64,000 bases of DNA from Candidatus Latescibacterota bacterium (GTDB lineage Bacteria; Latescibacterota; UBA2968; GCA-2709665). The position numbers were made by a program, and so were the translations under genes. Where the stretch lies: assembly GCA_965208835.1 (NCBI GenBank), contig OZ242358.1:1504001-1568000 (forward strand), in the 5' to 3' direction. Under the pieces are notes generated by a model. That model had not been told where the DNA came from. It ran no database searches and worked only from the letters and a program-made list of their open reading frames with translations. Within the stretch, counting starts at the first letter, position 1. Each line of letters starts with the position of its first letter. Shown here in pieces: positions 28,036-38,855 of the stretch.

Positions 28036-29601
28036 CTACGGCGAAACGCCTCTCTTGTCGGTGGGGCCGAGCAGGGCTTTGAGGCGATTGCGGGTGAGGG
28101 AAATGAAGTTGCAGAGAAAGGGGCGGGTTTCGCGCGGATCGATGATTTCCTCCACCGCGAAGGCTTCGGCGGAGCGAAACGGGGACGCGAATTGGCGAAG
28201 CTCCTCTTCGAGCTCCTTCTCGCGGGCCGCCGGGTCTTCGGAGTTGGCGATATCCCGACGGTAGGCGGCGGCAACCCCGCCTTCTATGGGCAGCGAGCCC
28301 CACTCACCGGAGGGCCAGGCGATCTTGAAGTCCAGTTCGTCCATGTCGCCCGCGGCCATTCCGGCCATGCCGTAACACTTCCGGATGACGAGGGTGAGGA
28401 TGGGCACCCGAACGCGGTGAATCGCGAACACAGCCTTCATCCCTTCGCGGAGGGTGGCCTCCTGTTCGGCGGCGGTGCCGATCATGAATCCGGGGATGTC
28501 CACAAGAAAGATCAGCGGGATGTGAAAGCAGTCGCACAGTTCGATGAAATGGGTCTGTTTCCTGGCCTCGCCGGCGCCCATCGCGCCGCCGGAAACCATG
28601 GGGTTGTTGGCGACGATCCCTACCGGGTGGCCGTTGAGCCGCGCGAGGCAGGTGATGAGCGCGCGTCCGAACGTCGGCTGGATTTCAAAGATGGAGCCCT
28701 TGTCCACCACCAGTTCGACCAGGCGATGCATCGAATAGGGGGAGGTGCGTTCCCGGGGGACGATGGACAACAGTTCTTCTTCGCACCGGTCGACCGGGTC
28801 GTCGCTGGACTCGGCGGGAGGCAGTTCCCACACGTTCTGCGGCATGTAGGACAGAAACCGCCGGATCATGTAAAAGCATTCGCGTTCGGTATCGACCGCG
28901 TTGTCCACCGTGCCGGCCGTGTCCACCGCGATGTGATGTCCGCCAAGATCATCCTTCGACACCTCTACCCCGAGCGCCCGCTTGACGAGGGGCGGGCCCC
29001 CTGAAAATATCTGGCTCGTGCGTCGTACCATGACGGACCAGTGCGAGAGGATGGCCCGTCCGGCGGGTCCGCCGGCCGCGCTGCCCAGGACGGCGGATAC
29101 GACCGGGACTTCGCCCAGGAGCTGGACGGAGCGGCCGAAACTGCTGACGCCGGGGAATACGGTGTAACCCCGTTTTACGGCGCCGCGGACCGAGCCGCCG
29201 GCCCCGTCGGAGAGGTTGATGAGCGGAATGAGATACTTGGACGCGAGGTCTTCGATAAACCCGCCCTGACCCCCCTTTCGCCGGTGCGTGCCGGGACTGC
29301 TGCCGCCCCGGACAGTAAAATCCTCTCCCCCGATGGCCACGGGTCTTCCGTTGATGCGGGCCACGCCCATAATGTAGGGGGCGGGCTGCACGCCGACGAC
29401 GTTGCCCGCGTCGTCGTACTCGCCTGTGCCGCTGAGGCTCCCGACTTCCGAGAACGAGCCTCCGTCCACCAGAGCGTCGATGCGTTCGCGAATGGTGAGC
29501 TTTCCCTGTCCGTGGTGGCGTTCGACGTTCTCGGAACCGCCCATCTCTCTGGACCAGGACCGACGCGCCTCGAGTTCTTCGCTCTCTTTCTGCCAGCTCA
29601 T
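28036..29601 (-). CDS. Acyl-CoA carboxylase carboxyltransferase subunit (PccB-like)
   Basis: GKLTIRERIDAL, DFTVRGGS, DIPGFMIG, IIDPRETR. ATG 29601 follows a CAGGAG RBS. Confidence 0.9.
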   Translation of the reverse strand: MSWQKESEELEARRSWSREMGGSENVERHHGQGKLTIRERIDALVDGGSFSEVGSLSGTGEYDDAGNVVGVQPAPYIMGVARINGRPVAIGGEDFTVRGGSSPGTHRRKGGQGGFIEDLASKYLIPLINLSDGAGGSVRGAVKRGYTVFPGVSSFGRSVQLLGEVPVVSAVLGSAAGGPAGRAILSHWSVMVRRTSQIFSGGPPLVKRALGVEVSKDDLGGHHIAVDTAGTVDNAVDTERECFYMIRRFLSYMPQNVWELPPAESSDDPVDRCEEELLSIVPRERTSPYSMHRLVELVVDKGSIFEIQPTFGRALITCLARLNGHPVGIVANNPMVSGGAMGAGEARKQTHFIELCDCFHIPLIFLVDIPGFMIGTAAEQEATLREGMKAVFAIHRVRVPILTLVIRKCYGMAGMAAGDMDELDFKIAWPSGEWGSLPIEGGVAAAYRRDIANSEDPAAREKELEEELRQFASPFRSAEAFAVEEIIDPRETRPFLCNFISLTRNRLKALLGPTDKRGVSP

Positions 29602-29766
29602 CCGGATCTCCTGTACGACGGTTGGTACGCCTTCCGCTGTCTCCTTTGCAGCGTTTCCCGGCGCGTGCGTACGCCCGATTTCGCTTATCATTACGCTGAC
29701 AAAGTGGCTTTGCAGACGAGGCCGCGAGAGTTGGCCGCGGCCCGGAGGGGCTTTTTCAACGGGCTG

Positions 29767-30978
29767 TCAGGCCTGGTAAACGGTTTCCTGACGGACCAGC
29801 GCGTCGATTTCGCCGGGTTCGAACTCAGCCACCCGTTCCAGTACGCCCCGGGTGTCAACGCCAACTTCCCGCCCGGCCCAGCGCACGGCGCCGGGCGTTT
29901 CCGAGAGAACGGGTACGACGCCCGGCAGCGTGACCGTACCCAGAACGTCGTCCGGCGTTTCGAGCAGCATATCCCGCGCCTTGTAGTGTTCATCACCGAA
30001 AATGTCCCGCAATGTAAATATCCGGGCGGCGGGTACGGCGCTCGCGTCCAACATCCGCTCCAGGTCCGGGAGCGGATGTACTGAAGTCCAGTCGGCGACG
30101 ATGTCGTCGATGTCGTCTTCGTGACCGGACCGCGCGGTGGGTGTCCGGAAGCGCTCGTCCACGGCCAGTTCCGGGGCGTCCATACAGGCCGCCAGGCGCT
30201 CGAAGGTCGCGTTGTTGCCGGCGGTGATGTGGATGAAGTCGCCGTCAGCCGTGGGATAGAGATTGTTGGGCGTGCTGTTCGGCAGCCGGGACCCGGTGCG
30301 GGTGGGCACCGACCCGAGCTCGGCGAACGCTGGAACATGGGGTTCCATAAAGCTGAACGCCCCCTCGTACAGCGCCGCGTCGACGACCTGGCCCGTGCCG
30401 GTCCGGGTCCGGGAAAAGAGCGCCATTACCGTGCCGAAAGCGGCGTACAGCCCGGTAATGCAGTCCGTTAGGGAGATGCTCACGCGGCTGGGCGGGCGAT
30501 CCGGTTCGCCCGTTATTTCCCTGAGGCCCCCCACGGCCTCGCTGGTGACGCCGTATCCGGGGCGATGGCGGTATGGGCCCGTTTGTCCGTACCCGCTGAT
30601 GCGTGCGAGGATCAACCCTGGATTGACTGCCGAGAGGGCGTCGTAGCCCAGATTCCACTCTTCCAGCTTTCCCGGCCGGAAATTCTCAACGATCACGTCG
30701 GAGGCTTTCGCCAGCCGCTTGATGACATCCTGTCCGGCGGGTGTTCTCAGGTCCACCGAAATGAGGTGTTTGTTGCGCAGAATGCTGGCCGCGTAGAGCG
30801 ACCGGCCCCGGCTGCGTTTGCCCATCTGGCGCACGGGGTCTCCGGACGGCGGCTCCACTTTGATGACTTCCGCGCCGAAATCAGCCAACAGGCGTCCGCA
30901 GAACGGACCGGAAACGGTGCTGCCCATTTCCAGCACCCGGCATCCGGCCAGGGGTCCGGCGTTGTTGGACGGCGCCAT
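29767..30978 (-). CDS. Family III CoA-transferase (CaiB/BaiF)
   Basis: GPLAGCRVLE, LADFGAEVIKVE, ENFRPG, SGYGQTGP. Confidence 0.93.
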   Translation of the reverse strand: MAPSNNAGPLAGCRVLEMGSTVSGPFCGRLLADFGAEVIKVEPPSGDPVRQMGKRSRGRSLYAASILRNKHLISVDLRTPAGQDVIKRLAKASDVIVENFRPGKLEEWNLGYDALSAVNPGLILARISGYGQTGPYRHRPGYGVTSEAVGGLREITGEPDRPPSRVSISLTDCITGLYAAFGTVMALFSRTRTGTGQVVDAALYEGAFSFMEPHVPAFAELGSVPTRTGSRLPNSTPNNLYPTADGDFIHITAGNNATFERLAACMDAPELAVDERFRTPTARSGHEDDIDDIVADWTSVHPLPDLERMLDASAVPAARIFTLRDIFGDEHYKARDMLLETPDDVLGTVTLPGVVPVLSETPGAVRWAGREVGVDTRGVLERVAEFEPGEIDALVRQETVYQA

Positions 30979-30979
30979 A

Positions 30980-32080
30980 TTATCGGACGTTCGGGGATGG
31001 GATTTCGACACAGACGGCGCCCGGCACTTCAACAGGGCTGCCGACGGGCTCAAGGGCGCCGGTGTCGGGGACGATCCGGAAACATGAGACCGCGTTGCCG
31101 CGCTGATTGGCGGCCAGGAGGTAGTTGCCGGAGGGATCGAATTCCAGGTTCCACGGCCATGCCCCGCACGAAGGCTCGTGAGCCAGCGGCGTGAGTTCCC
31201 CCGTCGCCCCGTCGATCGACATCACCGCAATGCTGTCGTGGCCGCGGTTGGAGCCGTACAGAAAGCGGCCGGATGGATGGACCCGGATGTCGGCGCAGAA
31301 GTTCTCGCCGTCGTAGTCTCCGGGCAGGGCGGAAAGGGTCTGCCGTTCGGTGAGGGATCCGCATTCGGCATCGTAGTCGAAGACGGAAATCGTGCTGTCG
31401 AGTTCGTTGATCACGTATGCCCTGCTGCCGTCGGGATGGAAGGAGATGTGTCTGGGGCCTGCGCCCGCCCGGGTCGAAACCGACACCTGCCCGGTCGGCT
31501 CGATGGTCGCCGTGGGTGCGTCCAGTTCATAGCACATGACTTTGTCGATACCCAGGTCCGCGGAAAAAGCGAAACGATGATCTGGCGAGAGGACGATGGA
31601 GTGTACGTGAGGCGCCTCCTGCCGTCCTGCGTCGACGCCGGATCCCTCGTGCCGGACGACCTGGGCAACCGGTTCGATACGGCCTTCCTCATCGATCGGC
31701 AATGTGCTCACGCTGCCCGATTCGTAGTTTCCCGCGAGCAGACAGCGGCCGGTCCGGTCGACGCTGAGATAGCAGGGCAGGTCTCCGCCGGCATGTTGCT
31801 CATTGAGCAGCTCAAGGCCGCCGGATTCCGGATCGATGGAGAACGACTTGATGCTGCCTCCCGGTCTGCCGTCGAATTCATCCACGGCGCAGGCGGCATA
31901 GAGGAAACGCGCACCGGCGTCGGCGGCGAGGAAGAAGGGGTTGTGCACGTCCGGCACCTTCGAGACGGCTTCGAGTTCCCCGGACGCGGTATCCAGCTTG
32001 AGAATGTGCAGGCCCTCGGTCCGATCGTCTGTATAGGTGCCGACGTAGACCGTGACGTGACCGCCGGACTGATCTGACAT
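30980..32080 (-). CDS. pgl: Lactonase, 7-bladed propeller (6-phosphogluconolactonase YbhE-like)
   Basis: YVGTYT, RQEAPHVH, DLGID, GAGPRH, SNRGHDSI. Confidence 0.88.
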   Translation of the reverse strand: MSDQSGGHVTVYVGTYTDDRTEGLHILKLDTASGELEAVSKVPDVHNPFFLAADAGARFLYAACAVDEFDGRPGGSIKSFSIDPESGGLELLNEQHAGGDLPCYLSVDRTGRCLLAGNYESGSVSTLPIDEEGRIEPVAQVVRHEGSGVDAGRQEAPHVHSIVLSPDHRFAFSADLGIDKVMCYELDAPTATIEPTGQVSVSTRAGAGPRHISFHPDGSRAYVINELDSTISVFDYDAECGSLTERQTLSALPGDYDGENFCADIRVHPSGRFLYGSNRGHDSIAVMSIDGATGELTPLAHEPSCGAWPWNLEFDPSGNYLLAANQRGNAVSCFRIVPDTGALEPVGSPVEVPGAVCVEIPSPNVR

Positions 32081-32612
32081 GTGCCTGACTCCTGTCCTGA
32101 AAAGGGACTTTTGGGAGAATTCAGACTTGAGCGGCGTTCGAAATGGCTGTCCGAATATTGGCTTTCCCTGCGCCTATGAAATATAGCCGGAAATCGGCTT
32201 AGATCAAAATTTTTTCGCAGTTTCACGCACGATAATTCGAACGGCGCCTGCGACCGACCTCAAATCAGGTGAAACGCCGTTGCCGCGATCATCGCACGTC
32301 TTGAATTTTCGGCGTCGTGGGAGTATCTTGGCTCGGGGCGCTGGAGAAGCAGGTTTGAAGGTGGGTCGGACTTTCCTGTCTGCCGGCATCGTTGGCTTTC
32401 TCCCGGAAACAAGACTGAAGAAAGGCCCTTAGCGCGGTCCCTGACCCGTTGCTGGCTCGACTAAATTCGAAGAGTACGCTTCGACTGTGGCGCGAAATGG
32501 CATTTCACGCACCTTGATCAACCGCCTGCGACGCCGATCGGCCGCGAAGCGGCCACCCGGATCATCATCAGCGACCATTGATGTGACAACCGCAACCAAC
32601 AAGCGAGGACAC

Positions 32613-33458
32613 ATGGATACCCAACTGGTTCCCACAACCAACGGGGACGGTCTGCCGGTCGTTCCGATGACCGACGAGCAGAAGTACGTCTTCGACCTGA
32701 AGGGCTGGATCTGCCTTCCCGGTCTGTTCGACGAGGAGCAACTCGACCGTATCCGGCAGCACCAGATGGACTTTCTCTACCAGCGCGACTCGCTTCCGCC
32801 AGAGGAACGCGACAACCACGGGGGTCCGTCGCAGGTGCTGCTGGATCACCCGGCCGTGGTCGGGGTGCTCAACGAAATCCTCTCTCATCGTCCGCTGGCG
32901 ACCGAAGACTGTTACGGGTTCCGGTACGACCATACGTACACCAGCCATCGAAAGGCAGGCCACGACAACTTCGGTCCCCACGGGGGCGGCGCCTATTTTT
33001 CCTTCTGCGGCAATTCCCACATCTACCAGATGCTGCCGGGGCAGGTCCACTCGGGTCTGACCCGTGTTGTATGGGAGCTCAACGAGGTGGGCCCCGGCGA
33101 CGGCGGAACGATGTTCCTGACCGGCAGTCACAAGGCGGCCTTTCCGCGGCCCGAGGAAATCAGCGGCCGGGAGAGTTCGCTTTGGGAAACCTATACCTGT
33201 CCGCCGGGATCGGCGGTGATCTTCACGGAGGCCCTGTGCCACACGGGCACGCGCTGGACCAACGAGTCGCGCGACCGGTTGAGTCTCTTCACCTGTTACA
33301 ACACGGTCAACGCCAAGTGGGGCAAGGGCTGCCCGGCGCCCGAGGTGATCGCGTCGCTGCCGCCAAAACGACAGACGCTCTTCCGCGGGGTCTGGCATGG
33401 GATGAGGGAAGTGCCGGGCATCAACCAGTACGTCGACGAGGCCAACCGGGCGGTTTAA
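32613..33458 (+). CDS. PhyH-like Fe(II)/2OG enzyme with HGG in place of HxD
   Basis: QKYVFDLKGW, GGTMFLTGSHK, GSAVIFTEALCH, distal Arg. The first metal motif reads PHGGG. Confidence 0.82.
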   Translation: MDTQLVPTTNGDGLPVVPMTDEQKYVFDLKGWICLPGLFDEEQLDRIRQHQMDFLYQRDSLPPEERDNHGGPSQVLLDHPAVVGVLNEILSHRPLATEDCYGFRYDHTYTSHRKAGHDNFGPHGGGAYFSFCGNSHIYQMLPGQVHSGLTRVVWELNEVGPGDGGTMFLTGSHKAAFPRPEEISGRESSLWETYTCPPGSAVIFTEALCHTGTRWTNESRDRLSLFTCYNTVNAKWGKGCPAPEVIASLPPKRQTLFRGVWHGMREVPGINQYVDEANRAV

Positions 33459-33487
33459 GGCGTGACCTCACCCCCGCCACCCAAGAA

Positions 33488-33691
33488 GCGGGTAGACGCA
33501 AGACGTAAGAGGGGAGAGATTGCCTGCCGTGTGAGGTTTCCTCTCGTGCCGGAGGCAACAAGGTACAAGATAACGGGCAAGGATCTCTTCTACCGTCTCA
33601 CCTCTACCGTCTACCCGCATTTGGGCGACCGGCCGGTCGCCCAGTGTACACCATGCGCCAAGACACGGGCAACCACAAGGGTTGCCCCTGC
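33488..33691. repeat. Empty inverted-heptamer cassette plus REP-like palindromes
   Basis: GCGGGTAGACG (33488-33498) is inverted at 33608-33618, with 7-bp arrays. Perfect palindrome at 33622-33643 and REP-like CGGGCAACCACAAGGGTTGCCCCTGC at 33666-33691. Confidence 0.65.
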
Positions 33692-33707
33692 TATCGGAGG
33701 GATTGCA

Positions 33708-34508
33708 ATGAAGGTCGGCATATACGCATCGTATTTCGGCAAGGACGATCCCAAGACGTTCCCGGACGTTGAGTCGTTTATCGATCTTGCGCATGAGCTG
33801 CAGCTCGATGTCATCGACTTCCGCGTGGACGTGGGATTCGGCTCCCTGGACCGCGAATATCTTCGGGATCTGAAGATAAAATGCCTGAAGGCTGGGTTGC
33901 CCATCGGCTATCTCGCGTCCGGTGGCCATTTCGTGGGCACGGACGAGGAGTTGCGACAGAAGGTGGAACAGGCGAAGGCCGACGTGGAAGTGGCCGCGTA
34001 CCTGGGAGCGCCGATGATCCGTCTCTTCTGCGGGGCACCGGGGGTGGGGGACGCTGAACGCGAGATCCATTGTTTTCAGGACGTTTGCGATTTCGCGGGC
34101 GACGCCGGGATTATCGTGGGCCTTCAGAATCACCCGAGCACGGGCGACAACGTGCTTCGCATTCTGCGGGAAACCGACCGCGAGAACTTCACCTTCATCC
34201 TGGACACCGGCCAGTGGGTGGGGTCGCCGGGGCTGAATCGCGGTGTGGGCGATCCGGACGTGGACATCTACCGCTTCATGGAACAGACAGCGCCGTACGC
34301 GTCCCATGTCCGCGCAAAGATCTACAAGATCGACAGCGGCCGGGAGGAGTGGCTGGATTACCCGCGTATCGTCGGAATACTGAAATCGGCAGGCTTCAAC
34401 GGCGTCGTTTCGATCACGTTCGAGGGGCAGGACGTCAACGAATGCGACGACAGGGAAACCTTCAGGCTGGCGGCCAGGCACCTGCGCGAGACCATCGCCG
34501 CGGCGTAG
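33708..34508 (+). CDS. Sugar phosphate isomerase/epimerase (AP endonuclease 2 TIM barrel)
   Basis: LGAPMIRLFCG, GLQNH, LDTGQW, SITFEG. GGAGG RBS. Confidence 0.85.
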   Translation: MKVGIYASYFGKDDPKTFPDVESFIDLAHELQLDVIDFRVDVGFGSLDREYLRDLKIKCLKAGLPIGYLASGGHFVGTDEELRQKVEQAKADVEVAAYLGAPMIRLFCGAPGVGDAEREIHCFQDVCDFAGDAGIIVGLQNHPSTGDNVLRILRETDRENFTFILDTGQWVGSPGLNRGVGDPDVDIYRFMEQTAPYASHVRAKIYKIDSGREEWLDYPRIVGILKSAGFNGVVSITFEGQDVNECDDRETFRLAARHLRETIAAA

Positions 34509-34549
34509 ACCAGGCGCGCCCGGGGATTACAGGAGATAGCGACAAGCGA

Positions 34550-35278
34550 ATGTGCCGACTGACCGACTACCGTGTCCTCACGTTCGACTGCTACGGAACG
34601 CTGATCGATTGGGAGCGCGGTATCTGGGACGCATTGCAGCCCCTGATTTTGCGCAGCGCTGCCGCGTGCCTCACGCGTGACGATGCGCTATGCGCCTTCG
34701 CGCAATGCGAGAGCCGGCAGGAACGCGCCACGCCCGGTCTTCCCTATCCGGAGCTGCTCGCCCGGGTACACGCACGCGTGGCGGAGAGATTCGATCTGAA
34801 GACCGATAGGGAACTCGACGCGGCGTTCGGCGCCTCCGTGCCGCACTGGCCCGCGTTCTCCGACACCGCCGACGCGCTGCGAATCCTCAAGCGGCACTAT
34901 AAGCTGGTGATCCTCTCCAACGTCCACCGCGACGGCATCGCCGCATCCAACCGCAAGCTGGGCGTAACGTTCGACGCCATCTATACCGCAGAGGACATCG
35001 GTTTCTACAAGCCCGCCGACGCCAACTTCGAGTACCTGATCTCCCACCTGAAGTCGGACCTGGGACTGGAACCCTCGGACGTACTGCACACCGCGCAGAG
35101 CCTGTACCACGACCATGTGCCTGCGAAGAAATTCGGCCTGGCCACCGCCTGGATCGACCGGCAGCGGCTGTCGGAGGGCGGGAGTTGGGGCGCGACCGAG
35201 CGGGTGGAAACGATGCCGCCGACCGACTACGTCTTCTTCTCGCTCGGCGAGATGGTAGATGCGGTGGCGGGCGTCTGA
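34550..35278 (+). CDS. Haloacid dehalogenase type II-like HAD hydrolase
   Basis: LTFDCYGTLIDWE, ILSNV, YKP, LHTAQSLYHDHVPA. Confidence 0.9.
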   Translation: MCRLTDYRVLTFDCYGTLIDWERGIWDALQPLILRSAAACLTRDDALCAFAQCESRQERATPGLPYPELLARVHARVAERFDLKTDRELDAAFGASVPHWPAFSDTADALRILKRHYKLVILSNVHRDGIAASNRKLGVTFDAIYTAEDIGFYKPADANFEYLISHLKSDLGLEPSDVLHTAQSLYHDHVPAKKFGLATAWIDRQRLSEGGSWGATERVETMPPTDYVFFSLGEMVDAVAGV

Positions 35279-35311
35279 ATACGGCGGGTAAACGGTGGGT
35301 GGACGACGTAC

Positions 35312-36298
35312 TCACGCACAGACGGGGTCGTCCACCTTCCAGCGATTGTACGTGGGATCCGCGCTTCTGGCCAGCCTGCTTCTGGCCTCGTGCCACAGCC
35401 TGGCCCATTCTTCGGGATCGTGCAGTTCGCTTCCCGGATTCGATCGGCTGCGGGCGACGAACCCCGGAAACGACCCGCGTCCGGTGGGTTGGCCAATGGG
35501 ATTGTATCGCAGGTCGAAGCTCCAGCGGACGTTGTCGCTATTATTGGGAAGCGACGAGTGGCAATTCAAACGGTGGAAGAGTAACACGTCGCCGCGCTTC
35601 ATGGGAAGGACCACGCCGTCTCCCTGGCGCAGCAGCCGGTCCGGAATCTGCAGGCCGAATCCCCGCGACATCGTCGCGGTCGCGTGGCAGTGATGAAGCA
35701 GTCCCTCGCGGTGGCTCCGGGGAATTACCTCCAGGCAGCCGTTCTCGACCGTCGCGTCCCACAGGCCGAACCACACGGTCAGCATATTCGTCTCATCGGC
35801 TTCCGGCCTCACAACGCCCGTATCCTGATGCCAGGGCGTTGCGCCCAGCTGAACGCGTCCCGCATCGTTGACCGGACACAGGTGCTCCGGCGGCTTGAGG
35901 CGGACGTGCTGCACGGGATTGGAATAGATCTCGGGACCGATAAGGGACTCCACGGCATCCAGCAGCTTCTCGTTCCGCAACAGATGGAAAACCGCCGGTC
36001 CCACCCACATCGGCGTATCCGCATGGACATTCTTCTGCGGCAGCGAAAAGTCGAAATACTGGGCGTGAACCTTGCCCGACTCCGCGTAAATCTTCGTCAG
36101 CCGGTCCCCGAACGGCAATTCATCGTACGGCGAAGCAATGTCCCCGTTTTCATACAGTTCACAGGCAAGCCGGTCCAGAACACCGGCATATTCCTCGATC
36201 ACCGGATCCAGGTCTTCTTCAGGGTCGAATAGCCCTCTGACGACCAGATACCCCTGCGCCTCGAACTCCGCGACCTGCGCTTCGGTTAGATGTGCCAT
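35312..36298 (-). CDS. Phytanoyl-CoA dioxygenase (PhyH) family protein
   Basis: TPWHQD, NGCLEVIPRSH, GDVLLFH...H, RWSFDLRY. Confidence 0.9.
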   Translation of the reverse strand: MAHLTEAQVAEFEAQGYLVVRGLFDPEEDLDPVIEEYAGVLDRLACELYENGDIASPYDELPFGDRLTKIYAESGKVHAQYFDFSLPQKNVHADTPMWVGPAVFHLLRNEKLLDAVESLIGPEIYSNPVQHVRLKPPEHLCPVNDAGRVQLGATPWHQDTGVVRPEADETNMLTVWFGLWDATVENGCLEVIPRSHREGLLHHCHATATMSRGFGLQIPDRLLRQGDGVVLPMKRGDVLLFHRLNCHSSLPNNSDNVRWSFDLRYNPIGQPTGRGSFPGFVARSRSNPGSELHDPEEWARLWHEARSRLARSADPTYNRWKVDDPVCA

Positions 36299-36553
36299 CT
36301 CTGCGAATCCCTTCAACGCGTTGAACGCCGATTCAATTCCCGCACGTTTTGTTTCGGATACCCCGCCCTTCCCGCCATTTAATATACGTCGTCCGCCGCC
36401 GTTAGGGAAGATGGAATATCGTCGCATATTCGATGTTTGCCGTACCTATACCTGCAGTCGTAGACGTAAATGTACGGTGGCCAGCGAGCAACAAAGCGGG
36501 ACAAAGTATAGAATCCCCTCCATCTGCCGCATTGTCTCAATTTACCGATACAC

Positions 36554-36582
36554 TTGACACATTTTCGTACGTATAATATCCT
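36554..36582 (+). promoter_or_regulatory. Candidate sigma70 promoter
   Basis: TTGACA-17 bp-TATCCT with an overlapping TATAAT, upstream of 36748. Confidence 0.45.
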
Positions 36583-36747
36583 TTGATTCACCAGTTCGCT
36601 CATCTGCTGCGCCGCCTGCTTGACCGAACCGTAACGCGTCTGACCAATTCTGGCCAAAAACACCACTCTGTTTGTACGAGCGGGGCTGCCGACACGGTTG
36701 TCGGCGACGTCTCAAGGATCTAAAACCAATTACAAGGGAGTTGCCGC

Positions 36748-38400
36748 TTGCCTCTTGAGAACCAATCTGAACCCCGCTCTGCGTCGTCAAACGGCCTGTT
36801 CGTCTTTCTATTGGTAGTCTGTGGGTCGATACTGGGTCTGGGGGTGCTGGCGCGGTTCTCCGCGGGGTCTGTCGTGGACGACGCCTATATGTTCGTGCGA
36901 TATGCGGACCGCGTGCTATCGGAGGGAAGGCTGGCGTGGAACCCGGGTGGCGAAGCGACTTACGGGCCCACCAGTTGTTTGTACCTGGTCGTTGTTGCGT
37001 GCGTGCGGACACTCGCAACGGAAAATGCCGCGTTCACCGCTGCACTTTCCAGTCTCACCGCAGGGCTCTGCTTCCTGGGCCTTTTGTTTGGACTCATCTG
37101 GCGGTATGCGGATGTCCCACGTGTGGGAAAGCGATTGTTGATTCTGGCGGCCTTTTTTGCCATAGCGGCTTCGGCACTCGATGTAGCCAGCCATTTTGTC
37201 AGCGGTATGGACACAACTTTTACGCTGGCTTTCTTGACGGCCTATATCTGGATTGGCAAATCGAACGAATGTACGTGGTCCTGGGCAGGGACCCTGTGGA
37301 TGGGTCTTTGGGGCGGACTGGCCTTTTTTGCCAGGCCCGATCTGCTGATCTATTCGTTTATCGTACCCGCTTCGATGGTCGTCTTCGGGTCGGATTCCAG
37401 GAGGGTGCGGCATGGGTTGTGGATTCTGGGTCTGACGGCCGCGGTGGCCGGCGGGCAGGTCTGGTTTGCTTCCACGTATTTCAATTCACCGCTTCCCCTG
37501 TCGTTTTACGCAAAGGGGCTCACCCTGTACAGCAGTTACTTCGTTGAGCAGTACCGGCTCGTCCCGATTGTAGAAGGGTTGTCCTACCTGGCGTCGTACT
37601 GGTATCTGTTTCTGATTATTGGTTCAGATCTGGCATTCAATTTTCGAGCGTGGCGGTACAGAGTTTCCGCGGTTGAAAAGGGGCTGCTTGTGGCCACCTG
37701 TCTGTTTCTCGTGTATTATCTGATTTTTGTATTGCAGATAATGCCGTCGCCACAGCGATTTTACTATCCGACCCTTCCTGCGCTGCTTTTCCTGGCCACG
37801 CAAGGCGCCGTACGGCTCGTCGAAAGGGTACCCGAGACCGTTCGACGTGAGATTTCGGCGGCCGCATTTCCGGTTCACTTGTTCATGGCGTTCGTGATGC
37901 TGGGCTGTCTCTTGCCGAGCACTTTGACGGTAAGCAGAGGCGTGGGCTCCAGAGTTTACCGGGAGAATCTGCTGAATTTCGATATATACGCCAACTACAG
38001 GGAGCGACTATCCGCCTACTGGTTCCGCCTGGATGCATTTTCGCGTTTGCCCGACGATCTGGTGATCGCGACCACGGAGGTGGGATGCCCGGCCGCGATG
38101 AATCCGGAAAAGCAGATTGTGGATCTCACGGGGTTGAATGAGAGGGCGTTTGCACAAGAGGGGTTCTCCGCGGACCGGCTATTTGAGACCTACCGGCCGG
38201 ATTTGATCTATATGCCGAATCCCCATTACAGAGGGATGATCGAACAGATTGCCAACCACCCGCATTTTATGGAAAACTACGCACATTTTCCCGCGTCCGC
38301 GCTGGGGGCGGCCATGGGTATCGCGTTGCGGCGGGACAGCGGATATTATCCTCTAATGCACGATATCATCAGCGGCCGCACAGGGCACGAAGAAAAATAA
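36748..38400 (+). CDS. Polytopic membrane protein, GT-C fold glycosyltransferase-like
   Basis: VDDAYMFVRYA after TM1, SGMDT, ARPD, RFYYP, C-terminal VDLTGL...RPDLI domain. Confidence 0.7.
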   Translation: MPLENQSEPRSASSNGLFVFLLVVCGSILGLGVLARFSAGSVVDDAYMFVRYADRVLSEGRLAWNPGGEATYGPTSCLYLVVVACVRTLATENAAFTAALSSLTAGLCFLGLLFGLIWRYADVPRVGKRLLILAAFFAIAASALDVASHFVSGMDTTFTLAFLTAYIWIGKSNECTWSWAGTLWMGLWGGLAFFARPDLLIYSFIVPASMVVFGSDSRRVRHGLWILGLTAAVAGGQVWFASTYFNSPLPLSFYAKGLTLYSSYFVEQYRLVPIVEGLSYLASYWYLFLIIGSDLAFNFRAWRYRVSAVEKGLLVATCLFLVYYLIFVLQIMPSPQRFYYPTLPALLFLATQGAVRLVERVPETVRREISAAAFPVHLFMAFVMLGCLLPSTLTVSRGVGSRVYRENLLNFDIYANYRERLSAYWFRLDAFSRLPDDLVIATTEVGCPAAMNPEKQIVDLTGLNERAFAQEGFSADRLFETYRPDLIYMPNPHYRGMIEQIANHPHFMENYAHFPASALGAAMGIALRRDSGYYPLMHDIISGRTGHEEK

Positions 38401-38811
38401 CTAGATCCGACCCGTAATAGACAATTGGGTAGTCCGGATACAATGAAAAACCGATAAAGCCTTTCCTGATCCCAAAGGCGCAAACTCGCCCGCGGTGGTC
38501 ATTGACTCCTCAATTGGCGTTGTCCGCGCTTCATGCTCCTGCATAACCACTTCGTCCCGCTCAATCTCCGTGCGGAAACGCTCAGGGTGCCCACTTGACG
38601 GTTTCAGTCCGAATCGTTCTCACCACCGGGTCCGCATCGCTTCCTCGTGCCTTGATCCCCTTCTCGGCAGCCGTACGCTCGGTCCACGGCATCCACGATA
38701 TACTCGTGTAACGCATTCACCCTGGCCCGATGACTGTCCCATCTTGCGACACCTCTGGGCCGGTGACCCTGGCTTGCCCGTTGCACAGCGCCGGGCGAGG
38801 TCGTACAAACC

Positions 38812-38846
38812 AAAACAGGCCTGCGCGACGTGGCGCAAGCCTGTTT
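38812..38846 (-). terminator. Intrinsic terminator downstream of tRNA-Ala
   Basis: ACAGGC(T/C)TGCGC hairpin followed by TTTT on the minus strand. Confidence 0.6.
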
Positions 38847-38855
38847 CTGATTTCT

